The position numbers and the translations under genes were made by a program. Below the pieces are notes generated by a model that made no database searches, was not told the origin of the DNA, and saw only the letters and a list, made by a program, of their open reading frames with translations. Of a stretch of 64,000 nucleotides of DNA, positions 43,291-53,137 are shown one piece after another. Positions within the stretch are counted from its first letter, which is position 1. The number at the start of each line of letters is the position of its first letter. This DNA is from Candidatus Saccharimonadota bacterium (GTDB lineage: Bacteria > Patescibacteriota > Saccharimonadia > Saccharimonadales > Saccharimonadaceae), in the NCBI GenBank assembly GCA_017404955.1, contig JAFRBH010000011.1:45453-109452 (forward strand), read 5' to 3'.

Positions 43291-44988
43291 CTATTTCTTC
43301 TTTTCTTTCTTATATAGATAAATACAAAATCCTGTGAAGGCTATGATCGTTATCCCAGACACCCAATATGATACACGCTGGATTCTGGTGCCAGGATAGG
43401 TGACTTTTATTTCCGCATTTTTATTGATGGTGATATCAATAAAGCCCAACTCTGACATCAAGTATGGAAGTTCTTCCTCAGAACCATCAGGATATTTGGC
43501 CTCAATTTTGTAGCCAAGATAATAGATGCGTGGCAAGGTAAGTGTTGTCTCACCATCGACGTCGGAAACGGTGAAGCTCATATCCGGAACTCGATTAGTA
43601 ATGTCAGAAATTTTTGCGTTGCCTTTAGCCACTAGCACATCGTGTGAAGGATAATCATTAATGAAAGTATTTGTATGCGTGGCTGGATTAGCAGTTGGTA
43701 AATAATCAATAATTATGGAAGATGTATGATGAAGCTCACCTGCTGGAACTGCAGCTTTTAAATTTTCTTGAGCAAAAGTATTAACCCTTGCGATCCCAAA
43801 TAAGCCAGATATAGCTATCAGTATAATAATAACTGTGTCCACATTAGTATTTTTAAATTTCGCTACAATAAACCCGATAATTATGGCAGAGCCTAATCCC
43901 ACGAAGGTTAATAATCTCCAAGGGAATTGTAACATCAGTAATGTATTTGGCAGTCCTCTCCAAGAAAAGAGTGTTGTAGTACAGAAGAAACTAATGATAG
44001 TAATAATAAGTGCAAACATTAGAAACATTTTATTTTCTTTTGTCTTAATATCTTTATAACGGAAAATTGCGTAAATAACTGCAATTAACCCAAGGAAGGT
44101 GATAATAATTGGAACATTAAGTATCATACCGTTCATTGAAAAATACTGGCTGATTGGCACTCGCCACATTTCTACGCCATTAATATTGGCCATGAAGTTT
44201 TCTTCAAACACTCGATAGTCAGCGTGAGCTTTATTTTCTAACATTGGCAAAAGAAATGGCAGGCTAATTAGTGCGGTAATTAGTGCGCTCAGAAGAAAAT
44301 ATAATATGCGCTTTTTCTTGAAGAAGGACTTAATGTTTGGCAAAAATCCGATAATTGTAAGCCCTACAAAAAACAGTGTCATTACGAGGTGCGAATGCAC
44401 CATCCCAACACAACCAATAGTGAAATAAATTAAAAACTTCCTATAATCATCATGGATCAGATGATAAAGCCCAATCAGGACTATTGGCATAAAAATGAAA
44501 AATGTCGCCTCGGCCATTGCGCTGCGCACAATCATATCTATTAAGAAGTAAGGGAAAGTCATATAGAAAATTGCAGATGCCATTGCTGCTTTTTTGTTCT
44601 TCGTTACTAGAAGAATGAATTTTCGCATAAATACACCGGCGAAGAATATAATCAAGAAATATGATATCCTCATTGCGAGATAAATTCCACCAATCCCTAA
44701 GCGATTTACGACTTTAAAAATCAGGGCAGCCCCAATATGGGATAATTGTGGGTAGAATAGTCCTTCTCCGTTGCCAAGTTCGTTTGAAAGTACGCCATAA
44801 ATTTTGCCAGTGAATATATCTGTTACACTACCATTTGCCATACCTTCAGCAGTAGCCGCATGGTAATAAAAATCATGCCCCTGGATATAATCTTTATCTA
44901 TAAAAATAGACATAGAAATGAGTGCTACAACAGCAATCACTAGATAGGGAATTGATTTTTTCCAAATGGTTTTTAGCTTTTCCTTCAT
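43291..44988 (-). CDS. Polytopic GT-C-like membrane protein with a C-terminal extracytoplasmic domain
   Basis: 565 aa with at least 10 TM helices, an early loop 'QGHDFYYHAATAEGMANG', a C-terminal beta-rich ~140 aa and a final TM helix. Convergent with 41764-43290, with no gap between their stops. Confidence 0.5.
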   Translation of the reverse strand: MKEKLKTIWKKSIPYLVIAVVALISMSIFIDKDYIQGHDFYYHAATAEGMANGSVTDIFTGKIYGVLSNELGNGEGLFYPQLSHIGAALIFKVVNRLGIGGIYLAMRISYFLIIFFAGVFMRKFILLVTKNKKAAMASAIFYMTFPYFLIDMIVRSAMAEATFFIFMPIVLIGLYHLIHDDYRKFLIYFTIGCVGMVHSHLVMTLFFVGLTIIGFLPNIKSFFKKKRILYFLLSALITALISLPFLLPMLENKAHADYRVFEENFMANINGVEMWRVPISQYFSMNGMILNVPIIITFLGLIAVIYAIFRYKDIKTKENKMFLMFALIITIISFFCTTTLFSWRGLPNTLLMLQFPWRLLTFVGLGSAIIIGFIVAKFKNTNVDTVIIILIAISGLFGIARVNTFAQENLKAAVPAGELHHTSSIIIDYLPTANPATHTNTFINDYPSHDVLVAKGNAKISDITNRVPDMSFTVSDVDGETTLTLPRIYYLGYKIEAKYPDGSEEELPYLMSELGFIDITINKNAEIKVTYPGTRIQRVSYWVSGITIIAFTGFCIYLYKKEKKK

Positions 44989-45089
44989 ATAACCTCTTTT
45001 TAATACTATATATTATATGTTATGGGGTATCTTTTTGCAACGTACCCCAATCTGTGCTAAAATATACCTATAAATAACAGGAGTTTTTC

Positions 45090-45974
45090 ATGAAAGGAAT
45101 TATTCTAGCGGGTGGTTCTGGTACTAGGCTATACCCTTTAACTTTGGCTACTTCTAAGCAGATGTTACCAGTCTATGACAAGCCAATGATCTATTATCCA
45201 TTAGCAACCTTGATGCTTGCTGGCATTCGTGATATTTTGATCATCTCTACCCCAGCAGATTTGCCAAATTTTGAAAGGCTCCTTGGTGATGGCAAAAAAA
45301 TGGGTGTTAATCTGTCCTATAAAGTTCAGCCCTCTCCAGACGGTCTAGCTCAAGCCTTTACTCTCGGTGAAGAATTCATTAATGGCGAACCTTGTGCAAT
45401 GATTCTTGGTGATAATATTTTCTACGGTCATGGTTTTGTCAGCTCTCTGCAGCAATCAGTGGAAAATGCTAAAAACGGCCGTGCTACAGTTTTTGGCTAC
45501 TATGTCAATGATCCAGAACGTTTTGGCGTGGTTGAATTCGATGATGATTGGCACGCTCTTTCTATCGAAGAAAAGCCAGAGCATCCAAAGAGTAACTATG
45601 CAGTTACTGGTCTTTATTTCTACCCAGCTGGTGTCTCAGAAAAAGCCAAGACCATTCAGCCTTCCGCTAGAGGCGAGTTAGAAATCACTTCGCTTAATGA
45701 GATTTATCTAAATGAGGGTAACCTTGATGTTCAGGTGTTAGGTCGTGGCTTTGCCTGGCTTGATACCGGCACTATGGACTCACTCGCTGATGCTGCTGAT
45801 TTCGTGAGAGTAATTCAAAAACGCCAAGGCGTAGAAATTTCCGCTCCAGAGGAAATTGCCTTCAAAAATGGTTGGATTTCCAAAGAAGAGCTTCTCGAAT
45901 CTGCTGAAAAATATGGTAAATCAAGTTATGGCAAGCACTTAAAGCGTGCGGCAGAAAGGGCAATTAAAGACTAA
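45090..45974 (+). CDS. rmlA: Glucose-1-phosphate thymidylyltransferase
   Basis: 294 aa with '[38 protein letters not shown]'. AGGAG SD upstream. Confidence 0.93.
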   Translation: MKGIILAGGSGTRLYPLTLATSKQMLPVYDKPMIYYPLATLMLAGIRDILIISTPADLPNFERLLGDGKKMGVNLSYKVQPSPDGLAQAFTLGEEFINGEPCAMILGDNIFYGHGFVSSLQQSVENAKNGRATVFGYYVNDPERFGVVEFDDDWHALSIEEKPEHPKSNYAVTGLYFYPAGVSEKAKTIQPSARGELEITSLNEIYLNEGNLDVQVLGRGFAWLDTGTMDSLADAADFVRVIQKRQGVEISAPEEIAFKNGWISKEELLESAEKYGKSSYGKHLKRAAERAIKD

Positions 45975-46534
45975 TGTTCACTTTTGAAAAAACCAAAATT
46001 GACGGCGTATTTGTCATCACCCCAAAAGTCTTCGGTGACGAACGTGGCTATTTTATGGAAACGTATAGCGAAAAGGATTTTAAGGAAGCTGGACTGAATT
46101 ACACCTTCGTCCAAGATAACCAATCTAGTTCCAAAAAAGGCGTGTTACGCGGTCTTCACTTCCAAACTGGGCACCCACAGGCAAAACTTGTACGTGTATT
46201 AAAGGGCGAAGTATTTGACGTTGCTGTAGATTTAAGGGAGAACAGCTCTACTTATGGACAGTGGGTCGGCGAAAAATTATCCGAAGAAAATAAGAAACAA
46301 TTATTGATCCCACGTGGTTTTGCACACGGTTTTCTGGTTTTGTCTGATACTGCAGAATTCGCTTATAAATGTGACGATTTTTACCATCCAGAAGAAGAAG
46401 GTGGCATCATGTATAACGACGAAGATATCAAGATTGAATGGCCGGAAGTTGATGCGGAATATACTTTGAGTGAGAAAGATCAAAATCATCCAGTATTGAG
46501 AGAAGCAAACATAAAATTTAAAGGAGAAAATTAA
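45974..46534 (+). CDS. rmlC: dTDP-4-dehydrorhamnose 3,5-epimerase
   Basis: 186 aa with 'FGDERGYFMETY', 'VLRGLHFQ' and 'KLVRVLKGEVFDVAVDLR'. Confidence 0.92.
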   Translation: MFTFEKTKIDGVFVITPKVFGDERGYFMETYSEKDFKEAGLNYTFVQDNQSSSKKGVLRGLHFQTGHPQAKLVRVLKGEVFDVAVDLRENSSTYGQWVGEKLSEENKKQLLIPRGFAHGFLVLSDTAEFAYKCDDFYHPEEEGGIMYNDEDIKIEWPEVDAEYTLSEKDQNHPVLREANIKFKGEN

Positions 46535-47539
46535 ATGGGAAAAACTATTGTTGTAACTGGCGGCGCTGGCTTTATCGGTTCAAACTTTGTTTATTATATG
46601 CTGAATAAGTATCCAGACTATCGCATTGTCTGTCTAGATTGCTTAACTTACGCTGGCAATATCCATACCCTAAATAAAGCCAAAGAAAACCCAAACTTCC
46701 GTTTCGCCAAAATCAATATTTGTGACAAAGAAGCAGTTAGAAAATTATTTGAAGAAGAAAAGCCAGATATCGTAGTAAATTTTGCCGCAGAAAGCCACGT
46801 TGACCGTTCAATCACTGGCCCAGAAATCTTTATCAAGACTAACGTTGAAGGTACTCAAACTTTGATGGAAGTTTGTCGTGAATTAAATATTCCACGCTAT
46901 CACCAGGTATCTACTGATGAGGTCTACGGTGATCTACCGCTTGATCGCCCAGACTTATTCTTCACTGAAAAGACCCCACTTCATGCTAGTAGCCCATACA
47001 GTGCGTCAAAAGCTGGTGCTGATATGTTGGTAATGGCTTACCATAGAACTTTCAATTTTCCAGCCACTATTTCTCGCTGTTCTAACAACTATGGCCCATA
47101 CCATTTCCCAGAGAAACTTATTCCGTTGACCATCATCAACGCGTTAAATGACAAACCTTTGCCGGTTTATGGTGATGGTAAAAACGTGCGTGACTGGCTT
47201 TATGTTGAAGACCACTGTCGTGCGATTGACCTCATCATTCATAATGGTAAAATCGGAGAGATTTACAATGTTGGTGGTCATAATGAAATGGCAAACATTG
47301 ATATCGTAAAACTCATCTGCAAAGAATTAGGCAAACCAGAAAGTCTAATTGAATTTGTCGAAGATAGAAAAGGCCATGATAGACGTTATGCTATTGACCC
47401 AACCTTTATCCACGATGAGCTTGGTTGGCTTCCAGAAACTAAGTTTGCAGATGGCATCAAGAAAACTATTCAGTGGTATGTTGAGAATAAAGATTGGTGG
47501 CAAGATATTTTAGATGGCACCTACAGAGAGGAGAATTAA
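46535..47539 (+). CDS. rmlB: dTDP-glucose 4,6-dehydratase
   Basis: 334 aa with 'VTGGAGFIGSNF', 'YSASKAGAD' (YxxxK) and 'DRRYAID'. Confidence 0.93.
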   Translation: MGKTIVVTGGAGFIGSNFVYYMLNKYPDYRIVCLDCLTYAGNIHTLNKAKENPNFRFAKINICDKEAVRKLFEEEKPDIVVNFAAESHVDRSITGPEIFIKTNVEGTQTLMEVCRELNIPRYHQVSTDEVYGDLPLDRPDLFFTEKTPLHASSPYSASKAGADMLVMAYHRTFNFPATISRCSNNYGPYHFPEKLIPLTIINALNDKPLPVYGDGKNVRDWLYVEDHCRAIDLIIHNGKIGEIYNVGGHNEMANIDIVKLICKELGKPESLIEFVEDRKGHDRRYAIDPTFIHDELGWLPETKFADGIKKTIQWYVENKDWWQDILDGTYREEN

Positions 47540-48427
47540 ATGAAGGTTTTAGTTACCGGAACATCTGGCCAACTTGGTCACGATACAATGCTAGAACTCG
47601 AGAAGCGTGACATCGATTGTCTTGGTGCAGATCGTCAAGGTGGGGAGAACTATGAGTTCAAGACCACCACACTTGATATTACTGATAAAGACATGGTAGA
47701 AAAGGTAATTACCGATTACCATCCAGACGCAGTTATTCACTGTGCAGCTTGGACCAACGTCGATGCTGCTGAAGACCCAGCTAATCTTGAGGCCGTTAGA
47801 AAAGTAAACGTCGAAGGAACAGAGAATCTTGCAAAAGCCTGTGCTAAGATTGGCGCAAAGATGGTTTATATCTCTACTGATTATGTCTTTGATGGACAAG
47901 GCGAAAGACCTTGGCAACCTGATGACAAAAACTATGCTCCGCTTAATGTCTATGGTCAGTCTAAACTAGACGGGGAAAAGGCTGTTACGAATAATACTGA
48001 CAAGTACTTTATCGTACGTATTGCTTGGGTATTTGGTAAAAATGGTAAAAACTTTGTCAAAACCATGCTTGAAGTTGGCAATAATCACGATGAGGTTCGT
48101 GTAGTAAATGACCAAATTGGTACCCCAACCTATACTCCAGATTTATCGAGATTGCTTGTTGATATGATTTTGACCGACAAATATGGCTTCTATCATGCAA
48201 CAAACGAAGGTGGCTATATTTCTTGGGCAGATTTCACCAAAGAAATTTTCAAACAGGCTGGTATTAATTCTAAGGTCATTCCAGTTACTACTGCAGAATA
48301 CGGGGCTTCTGTGGCTAAACGCCCATTCAATTCTCGTCTAGACAAGTCTAAGCTAAAAGAAAATGGTTTTGAGCCACTCCCATCCTGGCAAGATGCACTT
48401 TCTCGCTATCTAAAAGAATTACAATAA
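47540..48427 (+). CDS. rmlD: dTDP-4-dehydrorhamnose reductase
   Basis: 295 aa with 'MKVLVTGTSGQLG', 'YGQSKLDGE' and 'NDQIGTPTYT'. Confidence 0.9.
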   Translation: MKVLVTGTSGQLGHDTMLELEKRDIDCLGADRQGGENYEFKTTTLDITDKDMVEKVITDYHPDAVIHCAAWTNVDAAEDPANLEAVRKVNVEGTENLAKACAKIGAKMVYISTDYVFDGQGERPWQPDDKNYAPLNVYGQSKLDGEKAVTNNTDKYFIVRIAWVFGKNGKNFVKTMLEVGNNHDEVRVVNDQIGTPTYTPDLSRLLVDMILTDKYGFYHATNEGGYISWADFTKEIFKQAGINSKVIPVTTAEYGASVAKRPFNSRLDKSKLKENGFEPLPSWQDALSRYLKELQ

Positions 48428-48450
48428 ATTTGATAGTTTTAGGTCAGGAA

Positions 48451-49479
48451 ATGGCGGAAGAAGACACAGAAGTTGAACTAGAAAGCCCAGAGGGGGTGCG
48501 AGTTTCTGTGCTTTTAATGGTAAGAGAATCTGATTTAGAACTTACCAGATGTTTAAAGAGTCTTAGTAATCAAATTTTAGACGATATGGAGGTCCTATGT
48601 CTTGTTAGTGTTCCGGAGAATGAAACGGACCTTTATAAGAATCAACTTTCAATTTTAAGTGATTTTGCCAAAAAAGATTCGCGTCTTAGAATTGTACGCA
48701 CCAAAATGACTGATTACGGTGTAATCATGAATGCTGGCATTAAAATTGCCAGAGGGGAATATCTCGGTGTTGTTAATACCAACGATTTCATCGACCCAGA
48801 AATGTATATTGAGCTATTTGCTTTAGCCAAGAAACATGATGCCGACATTGTTCGTAGTAATTATTTTGAATACCTAAATGAAACTGACAGGTTGCACGAA
48901 TCATTTCTCGCGGAAGATGCGGACAAATTGAAAAACCCAGAAGAAGACACTAGCATTTTTTATCAACCGCCAATTTTGGGCTGCGGCTTATATCGAAGAG
49001 GATTTCTTATAGATAAAAAGCTCGCATTTTTTAATTCATTAAGTAGTAAACCACAAGATGCTAGCTATAATTTCAAGTTATTATCCAGCACCGATAAACT
49101 TGTTTTGACCAATAAAGCCTATCTACACCACCCAGAGGATGATGCTAAAAGTATAATCAAGACTGAAGAAATGTATTTAATAAATATGGAATACGCTGAA
49201 ACTGAAAAATTCCTAAAATCTCGCGGAACTTGGGAGACCTATGGCAAACTTTTTGAAGCAGTTAAATTCGCGAGCTATTTCTTAAATATGTTGAGACTAG
49301 AAAATAAAAATCTAGAACCATACGTGCTACGCACGCGCGCAGAATTCCACGATGCCGAAGACAGAGGCTATATTGATAAGAAGTATTTTCCAAAAGAGCA
49401 TTGGAAAACTTTGCAATCGATTCTGAAATATCCACCAAGTATCTTCCTGTTGTCATTCAAAAAATATCGTAAAAAATAA
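48451..49479 (+). CDS. GT2-like protein with degenerate catalytic motifs
   Basis: 342 aa from the ATG at 48451; the ORF track uses TTG at 48430. The GT2 fold pattern is 'VSVLLMVRESDLELTRCLKSLSNQ'. The usual 'DDGS' position reads 'VSVPENE' and the DxD position reads 'VNTNDF'. Confidence 0.6.
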   Translation: MAEEDTEVELESPEGVRVSVLLMVRESDLELTRCLKSLSNQILDDMEVLCLVSVPENETDLYKNQLSILSDFAKKDSRLRIVRTKMTDYGVIMNAGIKIARGEYLGVVNTNDFIDPEMYIELFALAKKHDADIVRSNYFEYLNETDRLHESFLAEDADKLKNPEEDTSIFYQPPILGCGLYRRGFLIDKKLAFFNSLSSKPQDASYNFKLLSSTDKLVLTNKAYLHHPEDDAKSIIKTEEMYLINMEYAETEKFLKSRGTWETYGKLFEAVKFASYFLNMLRLENKNLEPYVLRTRAEFHDAEDRGYIDKKYFPKEHWKTLQSILKYPPSIFLLSFKKYRKK

Positions 49480-49500
49480 TCCCCAAATGGGGATTATTTT
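49474..49500. terminator. Bidirectional terminator between convergent GT2-like and ABC ATPase genes
   Basis: 9-bp stem ATAATCCCC/GGGGATTAT (49476-49484 and 49489-49497) with a 4-nt loop, flanked by an A-run and a T-run. Both stop codons lie in or next to the hairpin. Confidence 0.7.
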
Positions 49501-50299
49501 AGTCCCAAAGTTTCATGTATTCTTTTGTAACCTTTGCAGGCTTTCCATCACAAGCAATTTTGCCGTCTTCAATCAGAATTGCACGGTCACAAAATCTTTC
49601 TACATTTTCCATGCTATGAGTAACGAGAACTACGGTTTGATTGCCATGTAGACTCTTAAAGTAATCATTACACTTTTCCTGGAAAGCTGCATCACCAACA
49701 GCCAATACTTCATCAAGTACCAAGATGTCGCCACGCGCACGAATTGCGATAGAGAACGCCAAACGTACCTGCATGCCAGAAGAATAGTTTTTCAATTTTT
49801 GATCCATAAATTGATCTAGCTCTGCAAAGCGCACAATTTCATCATACATCTCATCCATTTCTTTATTGGAAAATCCAAGCAGAGCGCCATTGAGATAGAC
49901 ATTTTCGCGCCCAGTTAATTCTGGGTTAAAGCCTACGCCAAGCTCAATAAACGGCACTAAAGTCCCATTGACCTTAACAGAACCTTTGTCTGGCAAGTAA
50001 ATTTCAGAAAGAATCTTCAAAAGGGTTGATTTACCGCTACCATTTCGGCCAACAATGCCAAGAAATTCGCCTTTTTTGATATCAAATGATATTCCTTTTA
50101 AAACTTCCTGCTTTTTGTATCCCTTGATGCCACGTAAACGGTTGAATATAGCTTGCTTTAATCCCCAGGATTTTTCGGTAGGCAACTTAAAGCTTTTATA
50201 CAAATCTTTCACAGAAATAGCGATGTTTGCATCTTCATTGCGCTCTTTAACTTCGTTTCGCATTTTCTTTAGGTATTTTTCTGACCAGTTCATACGCAT
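49499..50299 (-). CDS. Polysaccharide/teichoic-acid ABC exporter ATP-binding protein (Wzt/TagH family)
   Basis: 266 aa with Walker A 'GRNGSGKSTL', signature 'YSSGMQVRL' and Walker B 'LVLDEVLAVGD'. Paired with an ABC-2 permease. Confidence 0.88.
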   Translation of the reverse strand: MRMNWSEKYLKKMRNEVKERNEDANIAISVKDLYKSFKLPTEKSWGLKQAIFNRLRGIKGYKKQEVLKGISFDIKKGEFLGIVGRNGSGKSTLLKILSEIYLPDKGSVKVNGTLVPFIELGVGFNPELTGRENVYLNGALLGFSNKEMDEMYDEIVRFAELDQFMDQKLKNYSSGMQVRLAFSIAIRARGDILVLDEVLAVGDAAFQEKCNDYFKSLHGNQTVVLVTHSMENVERFCDRAILIEDGKIACDGKPAKVTKEYMKLWD

Positions 50300-51105
50300 T
50301 ACAACTCCTCCGCAAAATACTTAGAACGTTTCTTGAAGAACAACACAGAAACAACAAATACTATGGCTACAGCGCCAACTGAAATCAATCCCCAAACTGG
50401 CCCAGACAGCTCCCAGCCAGTAATAGTAGCAGGGGTGATGAGATTTTCTCTGACATCTTGGATAATCTGTGCGACAGGGTTTAGCATCATTATTTTACCA
50501 ACTAACATTGAAGTTTCGGTAACCATTGAAAGTGGGTAAATAATTGGCACTGCGTAAAACATTGCTTGCATCAGAACATCCCAAATATTTCCAACATCAC
50601 GGTATTTGATATTGATAGAGCTAAGAAGCAAGGAAATACCAAGAGCAAAAATGTAAAGCTCAAGAAGGAGTGGCAGAATCATCAGCCAAGAAAGTGATGG
50701 CATGACACCATTTATGAGCGTGAAAACTATTACTACACAAAGATTAATCAAGACATTAATAACTGCAGTACTGGTAGCGGAAACCACCACGATATATTTT
50801 GGAAAACTAATCTTCCTGAGCAATTCACCACGTTGCTCAATAGAATGAATACCCTGTTGAGTGCATTCTGTAAAGAAATTCCAGAGTACAGTACCAGTCA
50901 AAAGATAAACTGGATAATGTGGAATAGCATCACCAAATCTCAAAACTTTCGCAAAGACTACATAAAGAATCGCGAACATCAAAAGTGGTTTAATTACTGC
51001 CCACATATAGCCAAGTACCGAGCCTTGATAGCGTAGCTTAAAATCGGTTTTGACTAATTCTTTAAGCAGAATCCGATTTTTCTTTCCAAAAAGAGAAAAA
51101 CTCAT
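50299..51105 (-). CDS. ABC-2 type polysaccharide exporter permease (Wzm/TagG family)
   Basis: 268 aa with six TM helices and the N-terminus 'LVKTDFKLRYQGSVLGYMWAVIKPL'. A minus-strand TGcTATAAT lies 6 nt before the ATG. Confidence 0.85.
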   Translation of the reverse strand: MSFSLFGKKNRILLKELVKTDFKLRYQGSVLGYMWAVIKPLLMFAILYVVFAKVLRFGDAIPHYPVYLLTGTVLWNFFTECTQQGIHSIEQRGELLRKISFPKYIVVVSATSTAVINVLINLCVVIVFTLINGVMPSLSWLMILPLLLELYIFALGISLLLSSINIKYRDVGNIWDVLMQAMFYAVPIIYPLSMVTETSMLVGKIMMLNPVAQIIQDVRENLITPATITGWELSGPVWGLISVGAVAIVFVVSVLFFKKRSKYFAEEL

Positions 51106-51111
51106 AGGTTT

Positions 51112-51134
51112 ATTATAGCATATTATTGTACAAT
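51112..51134. promoter_or_regulatory. Back-to-back divergent -10 boxes in a 36-bp intergenic region
   Basis: The minus-strand TGCTATAAT (51120-51112) lies 6 nt from the ATG at 51105. The plus-strand TACAAT (51129-51134) lies 7 nt from the ATG at 51142. Confidence 0.5.
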
Positions 51135-51141
51135 AAGATAT

Positions 51142-52122
51142 ATGGAAACACCGTTAATCTCAGTAATTGTTCCCGTATATAATGTTAAGCCATATATTAA
51201 CGATTGCATTGAATCTATTCTTCGTCAAAGCTATCCTAAGCTAGAGATAATCTTGATTGATGATGGTTCTACCGATGGTAGTGGCGCCGACTGCGATAAC
51301 TACGCTAGAACCAACCCACGTATCAAAGTTATTCACCAGGAAAACCAAGGCTTATCAGCTGCCAGAAATCGTGGCATTCAAGAATCTACTGGCGCTTACA
51401 TCACCTTTGTCGATTCGGATGACTATGTTGCACCAGATTATATTCAGTACCTATTCTCACTCTGCAACAAGTATCAGTCCAACATGTCAATTTGCGCTCT
51501 CAGAGAGATCACCATTAAAAATCAAGAAATTAATTACGGTGAAGATTATGTAGAAAAAGTAATGAGTACTGAAGAGACACTTGGCCGTATGCTTAGAGAA
51601 GATGGTTTTACAGTAGTTACCTATGCAAAATTGTATAAAAGGGAATTATGGAATGATATTATCTTCCCGGTAGGTACCGTTCATGAGGATCTTGGTACAA
51701 CTTATAAGTTGGTAGAAAAATGTCCGCGTATCGCTTATGGACCAGAGCCAAAATATATTTATAGAAAACGAGAAGCATCAATATCAAATAGCGATTTTAG
51801 CGATCAGAAATTCGACATTATTACTTTGACAGATGAGATGTGTGACACCATTGATAAAACTCATCCATATCTCAAAAACACTACCAATCTTAGACGTTGC
51901 CATGCGCGATTTAGTGTACTCAGACAGATGACTGGCAAACAGCTAACACCAGTTCAAGCAGGTAGGGAACAGGAAATTGTAAAGTATTTGAGAGAGCACA
52001 AAAAAGATGTCATTAAAAATCCGGTTGCTAAAAAACGTGACAAACTTGCCATGTATGCGGTATTGACAAACAAAGAATTTTTTAAATCTGCCTGGAAAGT
52101 TTACGCTAAAGCTCGTAAGTAG
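51142..52122 (+). CDS. GT2 glycosyltransferase
   Basis: 326 aa with 'ISVIVPVYNVKPYINDCIESILRQSYPKLEIILIDDGSTDGS' and 'FVDSDDY'. Confidence 0.85.
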   Translation: METPLISVIVPVYNVKPYINDCIESILRQSYPKLEIILIDDGSTDGSGADCDNYARTNPRIKVIHQENQGLSAARNRGIQESTGAYITFVDSDDYVAPDYIQYLFSLCNKYQSNMSICALREITIKNQEINYGEDYVEKVMSTEETLGRMLREDGFTVVTYAKLYKRELWNDIIFPVGTVHEDLGTTYKLVEKCPRIAYGPEPKYIYRKREASISNSDFSDQKFDIITLTDEMCDTIDKTHPYLKNTTNLRRCHARFSVLRQMTGKQLTPVQAGREQEIVKYLREHKKDVIKNPVAKKRDKLAMYAVLTNKEFFKSAWKVYAKARK

Positions 52123-53099
52123 TTAATCGTATCTCTCATTGCATCGTCAATAGTGAGCTCAGTTTTCCAACCGAGTTCGCGAAAAGCTTTTTCTGGTATT
52201 GCATGCATTTCCGGTAAATCGCCGGTTCTGCGACCGACAATTTTATATGGTAATTTTTTACCGCTGGCCTTTTCGAAAGCTGCAACCATCTCTAAAACGC
52301 TGGTGCCTTTGCCTGAGCCAAGGTTGTAGACTGAGATACCTGGCTTAATATGTTGTAAAGCCGCCAGGTGCCCCTTAGCAAGATCTACTACATGAATGTA
52401 ATCACGAATACAGGTGCCATCAGAAGTTGGGTAATCATCACCGTAGATAGATAGCTCTGGATATTCTCCTTGTGCAACTTTCATAATAATTGGCATCAAA
52501 TTATTAGGACGACCATTCGGGTCTTCGCCAATGAACCCAGATGGATGTGCGCCCACCGGATTGAAATATCTGAGAATCGTAGCAGAAAATTCCGGTTTTG
52601 ACATAGCGATATCTTTCAGAATTTCTTCGATCATATACTTAGTTTTGCCATATGGGCTTGTAATATTTTGACCAGTTGGCAAATCCTCAGTATAAGCAGT
52701 GACACCCGGGTCTCCATAAACGGTCGCAGAAGAAGAAAAGATAATATTATCGACGCCAGTGTTCAGCATCGCATTTAACAAATTGATAGTTCCTTCAACG
52801 TTATTTTCATAGTACTTTAGTGGTTGTTCTACGCTTTCTGCCACAGCCTTTAAGCCTGCAAAATGAATGACCACATCATACTTCGTCCCACTAAAAATCT
52901 CGGTTAAGCGTGCTTTGTCTAAAATGTCTGCCTTATAGAATTTTGGGCTCACGCCAGTTAGCTTAGAAATAGCATCAAGGACAGACTCTTTACTATTAGA
53001 AAGGTTGTCCAAAATTTCCACCTCGTGTCCAGCAGAAATTAATTCCACCACAGTATGCGAACCGATAAAACCCGTGCCCCCAGTTACTAAAATTTTCAT
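52101..53099 (-). CDS. galE: UDP-glucose 4-epimerase
   Basis: 332 aa with 'MKILVTGGTGFIGSHT', 'YGKTKYMIE' (YxxxK) and 'RDYIHVVDLA'. Its 3' end overlaps the convergent GT2 gene by 22 nt. Confidence 0.88.
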   Translation of the reverse strand: MKILVTGGTGFIGSHTVVELISAGHEVEILDNLSNSKESVLDAISKLTGVSPKFYKADILDKARLTEIFSGTKYDVVIHFAGLKAVAESVEQPLKYYENNVEGTINLLNAMLNTGVDNIIFSSSATVYGDPGVTAYTEDLPTGQNITSPYGKTKYMIEEILKDIAMSKPEFSATILRYFNPVGAHPSGFIGEDPNGRPNNLMPIIMKVAQGEYPELSIYGDDYPTSDGTCIRDYIHVVDLAKGHLAALQHIKPGISVYNLGSGKGTSVLEMVAAFEKASGKKLPYKIVGRRTGDLPEMHAIPEKAFRELGWKTELTIDDAMRDTINYLRALA

Positions 53100-53105
53100 A
53101 CCTTT

Positions 53106-53131
53106 ATTATAACACTAAAAAATGATATAAT
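53106..53131. promoter_or_regulatory. Back-to-back divergent extended -10 boxes in a 38-bp intergenic region
   Basis: The minus-strand TGTTATAAT (53114-53106) lies 6 nt from the galE ATG at 53099. The plus-strand TGATATAAT (53123-53131) lies 6 nt from the ATG at 53138. Confidence 0.5.
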
Positions 53132-53137
53132 ATAAGT

